A stretch of DNA of 64,000 nt from Octopus sinensis (taxonomy: Eukaryota). The notes under the pieces were generated by a model. That model was not told where the DNA came from. It saw nothing but the letters and a program-made list of their open reading frames with translations, and searched no databases. The stretch spans positions 108,748,001 through 108,812,000 of the forward strand of contig NC_043000.1 in assembly GCF_006345805.1 (NCBI RefSeq), in the 5' to 3' direction. Every line of letters begins with the position of its first letter. The first letter of the stretch is position 1. Position numbers and translations under genes: made by a program. Positions 26,301 through 37,545 of this stretch are shown piece after piece.

Positions 26301-27247
26301 CAAAAACCAGAGAGAAAAGATGGGCTAGTAAAATAAGAGTCACCAGATGATTATAACTTCTTCAGTAATGTTACAAAGGATGAAAAAGAAGACTTGCATG
26401 ACCCAATGTTTATTTTATATGTCAGGTTTTTTTTTTCTTCTTCAAACAGAAGGAAAGAAAGAGATAGGCAGAGGGAGAAAGTGTGATAAGACTAGCGACA
26501 TCCTCTACTTCCATCCACTGTGTTTGTTTGGATGCTTATTAATGTACTTATGTACTTTGAAGTTCCACTTCAAATGTCAAATATGGGTCAAATTCATGGT
26601 CAGCAACCTTGCTGATAATTATTTCAATGTTCACACACATCTGATGATGCCTCTGGGGCACACACAAAACTTTCAGTAATTTCTTGTTTTAGTTTTTTTT
26701 TTTTTTTTTTCCTGAAACGAGCTTAACTAAATAATAAATTTTCCTAAAAGCTAAAAACAAATTTCATAAGAGAATTATTGCATGCCATCTTTTCTTACAT
26801 ATGTTATTTTACTATTGTGGTAGAAAAGCAAATGCACATTAACAAAAAAAAAAAAAAAAAAAGAAAACCCAACAAAAACACGGATTAAACTGAATAAATA
26901 ACAAAAATAAAATTATGTTGATTTACCGTGATGAGAGGAATTATCTAATGTGTTTGTGTGCTTGAGAGAATAAATGTTACGTGTGTCCTTGAAGCTCATT
27001 TCTAAAAAAGGTTGGAATGTATGTCAGGTTTGAAGTGTGGAGAGAGATTCAGTTCACAGTAGCTGAACAGTTTTTTGTATTTCTGTACAAGTATGGCCAC
27101 ATAGTGAAGAAGCCTGCTTTCCAAGCACAGGATTTTAGGCTTAGTCCCACCGCGGGACACCCTAGGCAAGGGTCTTGTCCTATAGCCCGGGGCTGACCAA
27201 AGACTTGTCAATGGATTTGCTAGACAGACATATATATATATATATAT

Positions 27248-27887
27248 ACTAGCAGTATCGCCCGGCGTTGCTCGGGTTTGTAAGGGAAATAACTATATAA
27301 GCATTTTTAGAGAGTTATAGCCAAAAAATAGCAAAAAATGCATTAAAAATGGAAAAAATATGATGGTAAATTTTTTTTTAAATCGTTGACTCATCGTAGA
27401 CATTTTTAGAGAGTTACTTCCCTTATATAATAGCGAAAAAATGCATTAAAATGGAAAAAAAACGATGGTAAATTTTTTTTTTAAATCGTAGACTCATGTA
27501 GACGCTTTCTTAGCCATTTCTGTTTTGGTGTCTTCAAGCCATGAAGTCGTTGTTCTAAAAGAACACTGGTCTCCTTGACAACGCATTACGACGTTGATTT
27601 CCTTACACTCCCTTCCCCACAGGTGCAGGTGTGAGCGTGGACGCCAACTCCGCCGCCATCAGCACACGAAAAATTATGCATTAAAATGGAATAAAAAATG
27701 ATGTTAAATTATTTTTAAAATCGTAGACTCATCGTAGACGCGCGCTAATATTCAGACGGGCTCGATATGAATCACGACTATAAGCTACCCGAATTTGGTT
27801 AAACTGTACCGCAAAATGTGGGAGTAGTTAGGAATCTAAATCGAAGGGGACAGACACTCACACAACTACAGTTTTATATATATAGAT
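27248..27887 (+). mobile_element. Helitron-related non-autonomous element (HINE/Lep1-like), copy 1
   Basis: Starts actagcagtatcgcccggcgttgctcggg and ends acaactacagttttatatatatagat; inserted in (TA)n; carries an internal ~100-bp direct duplication; near-identical to 32784-33313. Confidence 0.7.
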
Positions 27888-27904
27888 ATACATAGCGCAG
27901 TAGT

Positions 27905-28262
27905 GGTGAGATATGACAGCAAAGAAAAGCATACATTCACTCTCTGCATGCAATTAGACTCGGAAAGTTCGTGAGGAACCCATTGACCCAATTTGCTGAC
28001 TTTTCCGATAGCACACAGGTGTCAATGAATGGTTGAATGACCAAATCCAAGCTTCTCTGCTAGTTCCTCAACAGTTACGATGATATTTTGTTCCACCAGG
28101 GTTTTCAGGATGTCCTTGTCGAGTTCTACAGATCTTTCAGGATGAGGCTCGTCTTCTAGGCTGTAGTTTATGGCTCGGGATTTCTGGAACCACCATTGAC
28201 ACTGCCTTACGCTTATTGTCCAATCCCCATATACTGCATTAATATTTCTTGTACTTTGCACA
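27905..28262 (-). mobile_element. Fragment of the same mariner family (N-terminal HTH region)
   Basis: Translates STRNINAVYGDWTISVRQCQWWFQKSRAINYSLEDEPHPERSVELDKDILKTLVEQN; DNA is visibly homologous to about 20290-20620. Confidence 0.88.
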
Positions 28263-28324
28263 CATTTATATTCTGTTATTCTTTTATATGTTTCAGCCTT
28301 GAGGTTGTGGCCATGCTGGATCAT

Positions 28325-28568
28325 GTGTGTGTGTGTGTGTGTCTATCTGTCTGTCTGTCTGTATGTATATATGTATATGTATGTGTGAACAATAATATTT
28401 TCAACAGATGTGTTGCAAATGTATCTGATTGTTCTCAAGCTTCAATACTGTGTGTGTGTGTATGTGTGTGTGTGTATGTATGTATGTATATGTATGTATG
28501 TATGTATATGTATGTATGTATGTATGTGTGTGTGTGTATGTATGTGTGTGTGTATGTGTGTGTGTGTA

Positions 28569-28599
<31 letters not shown>

Positions 28600-28635
28600 A
28601 TGTATGTATGTATGTATGTATGTATGTATGTATGA
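28325..28635. repeat. Compound (TG)n/(TGTA)n microsatellite
   Basis: Directly visible; source of the spurious CVCVYVCM ORFs. Confidence 0.95.
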
Positions 28636-29055
28636 GTGTATGTTTACTTTATTACTAATTACTCTCTTCCAAGAACATTTTCACTCACTCTTAGCTCTTA
28701 GCTTCCCATACATTTTACTCATGTATCTATCAGTGTCATAGACAGAATACTTTCACTTTAGTCTTCCTCAAATCACTGTCGCTATTTACTTTCATTTTAT
28801 TCGTTGCCCACTGTGTGTGTGCGTTTGCGTGTGGTGTAAACCAGACTAAGAAAAGCATTTGACACACACACCAGAATGTGAGTTTTCTGTAAATTTTGCT
28901 TAATTGGAGTTTAAATTTTAAAAACTGGACCTGGCATGACGCGATGCATTGTACTCTTAAAAATGCAAGGTAAATTGTAATTGAAGAAATCCTATATTGT
29001 AGATTTGTATAACTCCCAAAGGGAGGCAGATAAAATCTGCCTTTTATAATAAGAG

Positions 29056-29090
<35 letters not shown>

Positions 29091-31945
29091 AGCCTATCTT
29101 TGTATGTGTGTGTGAAAAGCCACAGGGCCTGGTGGTGAGGGTGATTTACTCATGATTGCAAGATCCTGGTTTCAAACTCACAGACAAGTCGTGCATTGTG
29201 TTCTTGAGCAAAACACTTCATTTCACATTGCTGCAGAGCAGTCAGTTGTAAATGAGGGACCCTGTGACGGAATGGCATTCTGTTCAGGAAGAATATTAGC
29301 TGACCTGCTAACCTGCCTGCCTAGCCAGAGGGATGGCATCATTTAAAAACTACAACGTGAGAAAGCATACTGTGACCAGTGGTGTTTAACCACATCTAAT
29401 AGTATGGTCAATACAGTGATATCTGTGAGTGTGTGTGTGTATTTGAAACCCCACCTCACCCCCTTAATAGCCACTGTTGGTTTACTTACATCCCCATAAC
29501 TTAGTGGTTCAGCAAAATTGACTGATAGAATAAGTCTCAGACTAAAAAATAAAAGTGCCAAAAGGAAAAGAAAAAAAGTTGAAAAAAGAGATTTAGATTT
29601 ATTTCGTCCTGATTCCATTATGGTTGGAGACTGTTTTAAGTAATCTTCATAGAGGTACAACAACTGTGTGGTTAAGGAGCTCACTTTGCAATCACAGGGA
29701 GGACCCTGCACCGCTCAATGCCTTGTAAGTGGATTTAGTAGGCAGAAACTGTGTGTGTGTGTGTGTGTGCTTGTCCCCACTCCCTTTGCTTGTCAACCAA
29801 TTCTGGTTTATTAACATCTTTGTAATTTAGTAGTTAACTTAACAAACAAGTACCAGATTTAAAAGTACTGGGGTCAATTTGTTCGACAAAACCCTTCAAG
29901 GCAGTGCCTCAGCATGGCCACAGTCTAATAAATAAAACAAAAGATAGCTGGATGATTTTGACATATAAAACCACTCAAATGTGAAGTGGAAATCTGCCGT
30001 CAATTTGGGAGAGAAAGACGAAATTGTGTGCTACAACAGTGGGTTCCCAAACCTTTTTATTTAAATGAGTTTTCCCATGGAAACCCTTTTAATATGCTTA
30101 TCCTTATATGTGTGTATGTGTGTGTGTGTGTGTGTGTGTGAAATTTTGAATTTAGTTCACGGGGAGGGAACCACTGCTAGAACCACAAACACAATAGCCC
30201 TGACAGTGAGAAGTGTAAATAGTGTTGATAAAATATTGGTGACAGGCTTAGCTAAAACAGCACGATGACTTGAGAAAGAAATAAACGAATAGTTCAGGAC
30301 CCGGTCATTGTGATAAGCAAAAACAACAAATTCAAATCCCTGCTTTTACACACATAACCAACACAGAATACTTAACCAAGTTTTTTAAATTTCCATTAAT
30401 TATAGGGATTTCAGTTTTGTATTTGGTTTGATCATGTGAATTGAAATATATTTTGTTGTATCTCCTGTTGCCGTTCCTCATCTGTTTCCAAGCAAAGTAA
30501 TATTTCCCCAGGGTCAGATATGTTTTCACAGAATATTGGAAATGAATGACTTTCATTTATAACAATCATCTGATGTGTCTCACACACATACACACTATAT
30601 GAAGGGCTTCCTTTAGTTTCCGTCCACAAATCCATTCATAAGAGCTATAGTAGAAGAATCTTCTTGCCCAAGACACCAGGCAGTGGAACTGAACCTGAGA
30701 CCATGTGACTGGGAAGCAAACTTCTTGACCATGTATCTATACTTAAATACACACCTGCACAGGTTATTGTCAGATGAATTTTAAATCATATTTTTATTTT
30801 TATTATTATCAGGTAACTTGAGATGGTTATTCAAAATATGCAGAAAGAGATGAAACAGCCAAGACAAACACGTTTGCCTGAGAAAGAAATCAGAATAAAC
30901 TTCATTCCAAACTCTTGTATATACAAATATATTTAAATATACTAAATAAATAAATACAAAAAAAGCTATTTTTAACAAGAAAACAGCTTCAAAGTTTCAA
31001 TTCTTTTTCCTGTTTTATATTTTATTTCTCTCCATCTGCCTTTCTTCTTCCTCACATTCCACAATATTTGTTTAACAATGTTTATTCACCATTTGATCTT
31101 GTGACTCAGGATATTTAATCCAATTACAAAAGCTATTTCTTTTTTAAACATTGACCGACCTTTTACTGGCTTCAGTCATTGGACTACAGCCATATTTATT
31201 CAATTGTTTTATGGTTGGTTTTTCATGCTAGCATAAGGTTGGAAGGGTGGAAAGATTCCAACATTTACATTTGCTTGCACCCGCATACACAGGCTCCCCA
31301 TCATCATCATCTTCAGTGTTATAGCATCCACTTTCCCAATGTGTCAGACAGGATTTATCCAGCAGGATGCCCTTCCTGTCACCAACCCTCACCTGTTTCC
31401 AGACAAGATAATATCCGCCCCCACCTACCCATGGCCCAGACATGTTTTTTTCACTAAAGACTGGAAGGACACCAATTGCATAACAGAGTTACTTGTTTGC
31501 AATTACCAGGCAATCTCAATGCAAGGAGACAGTAACACACACACACACACAATAGGCTTTCAGTTCCTGTCTGACAACTTCACTGACAAAGCTTTGGTTG
31601 GCCTGGGGTGGGAACAAGTGGAGTGGGAACAAACACAGACACACACATATGACAGGTTTCCACACAGTTTCTACCAACCAGATTCCCTCACAAGGCATGC
31701 ATTGGCCTGGAGCAATAGTCACCACTTGCCCAAGGTGAGGTGCAGTGAGACTGAAGCGAAAACCATACGGCCCAAGCTGCTTGACCACACAGCCATACTT
31801 ATCACAGGATTTGTTTACTTTTCCCTTTTTACGCATTCAACAAATTGTTTCTACAGCTGTCCGTTTGTCACAAACCACTCCACCTTCCCATATAAGATTG
31901 TGAAACATTTTAAAAGAACAAAATAAGCAAAACTATCCAAAATTA

Positions 31946-32012
31946 AAGCAAAACACTAAGTCATGAGCACAATCGGGATACTTAATTGTGCTCATGACTT
32001 AGTGTTTTGCTT
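31946..32012. repeat. Perfect 28-bp inverted repeat with an 11-nt loop
   Basis: aagcaaaacactaagtcatgagcacaat (31946-73) / cgggatactta / attgtgctcatgacttagtgttttgctt (31985-32012). Confidence 0.95.
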
Positions 32013-32265
32013 CTTCCATGGGTATGAGTAAGTATCTCATTTATTTCTTTGCCACATTTATCACTGACGAAGGGAGGGTTCTTACGAACTAACCCTGAAA
32101 TCGGTCCGATATGGTAATAATGGAATTTTTTTTAGAAATTTCTGTCGACTTTTTTTCGAGTAGCATGCGTATTGTGAAAAATTATAAGGTTATGGACAAT
32201 ATGTTCAATTTCGGCATATTTGGCATTAGAAATTTTTTCGTTTGCCCTTATTTATAAGTTGTTTA
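32013..32265 (+). mobile_element. Young Penelope-like/retrozyme-like insertion carrying a hammerhead
   Basis: CpG-retaining segment containing the intact hammerhead core listed below; ends in a (TA/TACA)n tract. Confidence 0.6.
32058..32117 (+). ncRNA. Minimal type I hammerhead ribozyme (candidate intact)
   Basis: Stem I ttatca (32058-63) pairs with tggtaa (32112-17). Core CTGACGA 32064-70; stem II aggg/ccct with an internal gttc-ttac-gaac hairpin; GAAA 32097-100; stem III a-tc-ggtcc-ga-t; NUH triplet AUA with predicted cleavage after 32111. Confidence 0.7.
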
Positions 32266-32530
32266 TATATACATATATATACATATATATATATACATAC
32301 ATACACACACACACAGATATATATATATATATACATACATACATATAAATATATATATATACACATATATACATATAAATATATACAAAGTATGGGGGTT
32401 TAGTTCACCGGTAATCTAAATGATTAGGTACACTAGGTAAGTGCTGTAACGGATTACCAGGGCTCCAAGGTTATAACCAAGACGGTAGTTATGCAGCCAC
32501 TGCAGATTTCCGATGCAGCAGATATATAAA

Positions 32531-32586
32531 TTGTTAAACAGGAAAGCAAACATTAAGGCAAGGCAAATATCTCGAGTCATATACAA

Positions 32587-32617
<31 letters not shown>

Positions 32618-32702
32618 GGAAATAATTTCTTCCTATAACAATGATATTGTATATGACTTGAGATATTGGCCTTGCCTTAATGTTTGATGTCCTGTTTAGC
32701 AA
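32531..32702. repeat. Long imperfect foldback palindrome with an (ATT)n expansion on one arm
   Basis: 32531-32589 vs 32644-32702: 59 bp with about 5 mismatches; inner ttataggaa/ttcctataa stem closes an 8-nt loop at 32622-29. Confidence 0.9.
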
Positions 32703-32709
32703 TTATATA

Positions 32710-32783
<74 letters not shown>

Positions 32784-32784
<1 letters not shown>

Positions 32785-33313
32785 CTAGCAGTATCGCCCG
32801 GCGTTGCTTGGGTTTGTAAGGGAAATAACTATATAAGCATTTTTGAGAGTTATAGCAAAAAAATGCATTAAAAATGGAAAAAAAAATGATGGTAATTTTT
32901 TTTTTAAATCGTTGACTCAGTGTCTTCAAGCCATGAAGTCGTTGTTCTAAAAGAACGCTGGTCTCCTTGACAACGCTTTACGACGTTGATTTCCTTACAC
33001 TCCCTTCCCCACAGCTTCACGAGGGAGGGAAGAAGGGGGAGAAGCAAATAGGTGCAGGTGTGACCATGGACGCCAACTCCGCCGCCATCGACACACGAAA
33101 AATTATGCATTAAAATGGAATAAAAAATTATGTTAAATTATTTTTAAATCATAGACTCATCGTAGACGCGCGCTAATACTCAGACGGGCTCGATATGAAT
33201 CACGACTATAAGATACCCGAATTTGGTTAAACTGCACCGCAAAATGTGGGAGTAGTTAGGAATCTAAATCGTAGGAGACAGACACTCACACAACTACAGT
33301 TTTATATATATAG
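32784..33313 (+). mobile_element. Helitron-related non-autonomous element (HINE/Lep1-like), copy 2
   Basis: Same termini and body as 27248-27887 but differing by internal indels; inserted in (TA)n. Confidence 0.7.
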
Positions 33314-33862
33314 CTATACACACACACATATAAACAGTCATCCACTTTACTTTTTCCCCCAGCTCTCAATTCAACACTCATTGACACACTTGTCTCATAA
33401 TACAGACTTTTGCATCAACTAGTTTACCATGTAGCAATATAGCTATTTCTCTCTCTCTCCTCTATTACTCTGGTCCTCTGTGATAGCTTCCAGTTCCACT
33501 TATTCGGCTCTGTAGAACAAAAAGAACAAACCAATGGAATCAACATGAGATGGGACCCTTTATAGTCTCATCACACACAAGACACTCTCTTTCGTGTGAA
33601 GGAAATAAATGGAGATGAGGTAAAGTAAAAAGTACTCTATATTCTAGCAAGGAACCAGACAACTCCTCTGGCGCTGGTGCTCTTTTGAAGCGCACCAAGA
33701 GTACACAGGAAAGTGGATGGTGTTAGGAATGCATCCAACTGTAGAAACCATGGCAAAAAAATGAAATGTTCCAGCTCAGAAAATGGTTTCCAACCCATTT
33801 AGGAGGGCAACAGTTTTGAATTTAAACTAGATTATGACACGATACAGTCTAGCATAGAAGTA

Positions 33863-33903
<41 letters not shown>

Positions 33904-35184
33904 AAGAGAGAACAGTACTGCATTGTGGGCTTAAGCTGAGATTTACAGATGATTAGTAATTCTTGGAGGACTTAACTGTAGCAACGTAGAGGATGATGTT
34001 CATGTTTGCAGATGTTGAAGATGAAAATGTTTTCTAGATACAAGTGGTGACTGCATCCTTGTAGTGTTAAAGGATATGAAGCTAAACTCTGAGGTACCAC
34101 AGACTTACTGGAAATGTGTAGTTCAGAAGGAGCTCTACTATATGCCACAACATTGTGATCTGACATGTTGCCAGAGGAACAAGAGATAAGTGGAGAGATT
34201 AGTAAGGAGATTAACCAAATAGACATGATTGAAGGCTTTCTTGATGGCAACAGTTTTAATCTGGGCACAATCATGCATAGCAACACGATTGAGAAGGTTG
34301 TTCAGCAACCAAATGGTTTCGGACAAGACCCAAGACTGACCAATGCCTCGTGAGTGAATTTGGGCAATGGAAACTGAATGGAAGCCTGTTGTGTGTATAT
34401 CTATATATATATATATATGAGTGTGTGTGTGTGTAAATCTTTGTGTTTACCTCCCACCACAGCTTGACTGAAACAAGCAAAAGATAAATTTGGGAGTGAA
34501 GATACAAAAGCAAGTGATATAGGGTCTGTAGATCTGGTTTTTACAAACATGTATGTGTGTGTGTGTGAAAGAGAGACAGAAAGACATCATGTGAAAATAA
34601 GGAAGTACACATGCACTTAAGAAGAGGGCGACTGTTTTCAAAAATGTTCCTGTTATGGTTCACAAGAAAATACATAAGATTTCACATACATAGATTACAC
34701 ACTGGAATGATGAGTAAATGGAGAAAAAATATTTATAATATATGATGATGATGATGATAATGATGATGATGATAAATAGCTGAACCTAAATACAAATAGT
34801 CAAGATATTCACTATGTTCTGGCATGAAATAAATGAACAATACATCATTGCAAAATACAGAAATAACTGAAGAGATGAACTTACTAGAGGAAAGAAATTC
34901 AGCCGAGCTGCTGGTTGTTGTCAATGAATGAAGAGGCATGAGAATGAGTAGCAAAATGTATGGGCTGAGAACAGCTGGTGATGAAAATACTCAAAAAAGG
35001 CTATTCCAACAAAAGTGAACACATCAACATACACACATAGCTTACTGGTGAGTTAATTGTAAAGATATTGCAGTTGGAGTGGTTGTTGTGGGTGGGTGGT
35101 GGTAATTGTTGCTGATAGGTGATGATGCTTCAGCTATTGTTGATGTTCTAAGCCATATTAAAGTTTCAAATAAACATCACATAC

Positions 35185-35246
<62 letters not shown>

Positions 35247-37039
35247 TATGTGTGTATATGATTTCTTATTTCGGCAACGATATATACAGCAGTAGGTTCA
35301 TGCCCTTCTCAAGGGCATTAGTAATGCCAGTGAAGTGACTTGGCATCATGAGGAATTGAAATGCAATGCTGAGAGATAAAACGTCATAAGTTTGAAATCA
35401 GAACTGAAAAAGAACAATATGAATAGAGTTTTAATAAAGTATTTGGCCTGTTGCTTTACCATTTCTGCCAACTCACTGCTTTGTCTAGTTGATAGACTTA
35501 CAAAGAATAATAATAATACTAATCATCATTTAATGTCCACTTTCCATGCTGGCATGGGTTAATAATAATCATCCTTTCTATTATAGGCAGAAGGCCTGAA
35601 ATTTTGGGGGAGGAGTTAGTCAATTACATTGACTCCAGTATTCAACTGGTACTTATTCTATCAACCCTGAAAGGACAAAAGACAAGGACACCCTTGGTGG
35701 AACTTGAACACGGAATGTAAAGCGGGATGAAATGTTACAAAGCATTCTGCCTGGTGCGCTAATAATCCTGCCAGGTCATCACCTAATGAATGATAATCCT
35801 TTCTACTAAAGGTACAAGGCCTGAAAATTTGCGGGGAGAGGACTAGTCGATTACATCGACCCCAATATTTCACTGGTGCTTTATTTAATGACCCCGAAAG
35901 GATGAAAGGCAAAGTCAACCTTGACGAAATTTGAACTCAAAACAAAGACAGCAAAATGTTGCCAAGCATTTCACTCGGTGTGCTAATGATTCTGCCAGCT
36001 TGCTGTCTTAATAATAATAATAATGCTTATAATTTTGGTACAAGGCCAGCAATTTTGAGGGGAGGGGTTTAGTCAATGCCATTGATTTTTGACTGGTGTT
36101 TTATTTTACTGAACCCAAAATGAAAAGTAGTGTTGAGTGTGGTCGTATTTGAATTCAGAGTCCAAGCCATGCCAGCATGGAAGATGGAGATTAAATGATG
36201 ATGATGATGATTTGGGTAAATAACCAGAATGAATAATCACGAGATTCTTTCCAACACTTACCATATTGGCTAACGGTTTTACAAATAATAAAAGAAGAAT
36301 TCTTTCTATCATAGACACAAAGCCTGGAATTTGAGGGGGAAGGGGGCTAGTTGACTAAATTGACCCCAGTGCTCAGCTGGTACTTATTTTAATGACGCTG
36401 AAAGGATGAAAGGCAAAACAGACTTTGCTGGGATTTGAACTTAGAGTTTAAAGAGTCACAATAAATTACCTCTTTGCATTTTTATCTGACATGCTAACAA
36501 TTCTGTCAGCTCATGGCCTAACAAAATAGCTGGACTATTAAAGTTCAGCTTTAAATTGGCCCGACTCATATTGATGGTAATGAAGGCCAACTGCCTTTAG
36601 GCGTGAAAAAAACATCTTTCTGACAGAGTATGTTGCAGGGACTCCAAGCAAGAGGAAACCACAAACAGGATTTGGTAAATAGCTGAGGAAAGGATTTTAG
36701 TAAGATTAAATGCATATTATTCAGTTGAATCAATTATCAGTCAGCATGTGTTAGCTGGATCAGTAATTAAGGTACTAAATAGTTTAGCTTATTACATAAA
36801 TGCAAACACACTTATTATTCGTTGGCATGACAACTTCAAAGAAGCTATGTTTGGCCACTCAGATTAAAGAAGTCTGGGAGTTAATAAACATTTAATCAAC
36901 AATCATTAGTCTGACAAAATATCAAAATGTCTGACTTCATTTTTTTTTTCTGCCAAAATTAATTCCACGTGGGCAAAATCCTTTGGGTGGGAGGTGATTC
37001 CCCCCACCCTTCATGCACATGTAAACATTTTCACAGTTC

Positions 37040-37545
37040 ACAGCTGTTATGTCTAGAGTACTCACATGTGACGCACATTCATCACATTTTCATTTCCACG
37101 GAAAGTCTCAAGCAAAGACATTGCATCAAGCTTGGTGATTCTCAGGCTGAAACCATGCAGAAGATTCTGCAGGCCTTTGGTGATGATGCCATGGGCAGAA
37201 CAACTCAGAACAACTGTGTTGAGAGCAAGGCATGCTCAGACAGGCCAGTCACAAGCTGAAACAAGGAACCAGTTGAGAAGGTTTGGCAAATAGTCATGGA
37301 AGACCATCGTGTAACAATCCCTGAAATTGCTCACAAAGTGGAAAGAAGCAGAGGATAAGTGCATTCCATTTTAACAGAAGATTTGTGCATGTGGAGAGTG
37401 TCTGCAGAATTAGTCTCCAAAGAGCTGGCAGAGCAGCATAAACAATTCCATATTGAAATCACACAGGACATGATGGCTCATGCAAACCATGATCAAGACT
37501 TCATGAAGGCCATCATCACTGGTGATGAGACATGGGTTTATGGTC
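37040..37545 (+). mobile_element. Mariner transposase fragment of a second subfamily, truncated by an RTE-tail insertion
   Basis: HCIKLGDSQAETMQKILQAFGDDAMGRT followed by HSILTEDLCMWRVSAELVSKEL...FMKAIITGDETWVYG (first catalytic Asp motif). The sequence switches to RTE 3' UTR at about 37545. Confidence 0.85.

Noticed and set aside
28196-28741. Long ORFs rich in CV/YI/HT dipeptides (also 25645-26343, 9022-9285, 54295-54672 3' part)
   Set aside because: They are translations of microsatellites that lack stop codons.
30047-30068. hAT-like terminal motif cagtgggttcccaaacctttt
   Set aside because: No matching opposite TIR or 8-bp TSD was found nearby; at most a fragment.
30830-30877. Minus-strand acceptor followed by GKRVCLG, like a cytochrome P450 haem-binding exon
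   Set aside because: The frame stops after about 15 codons with no ExLA.MELF continuation, and no other P450 motifs were seen.
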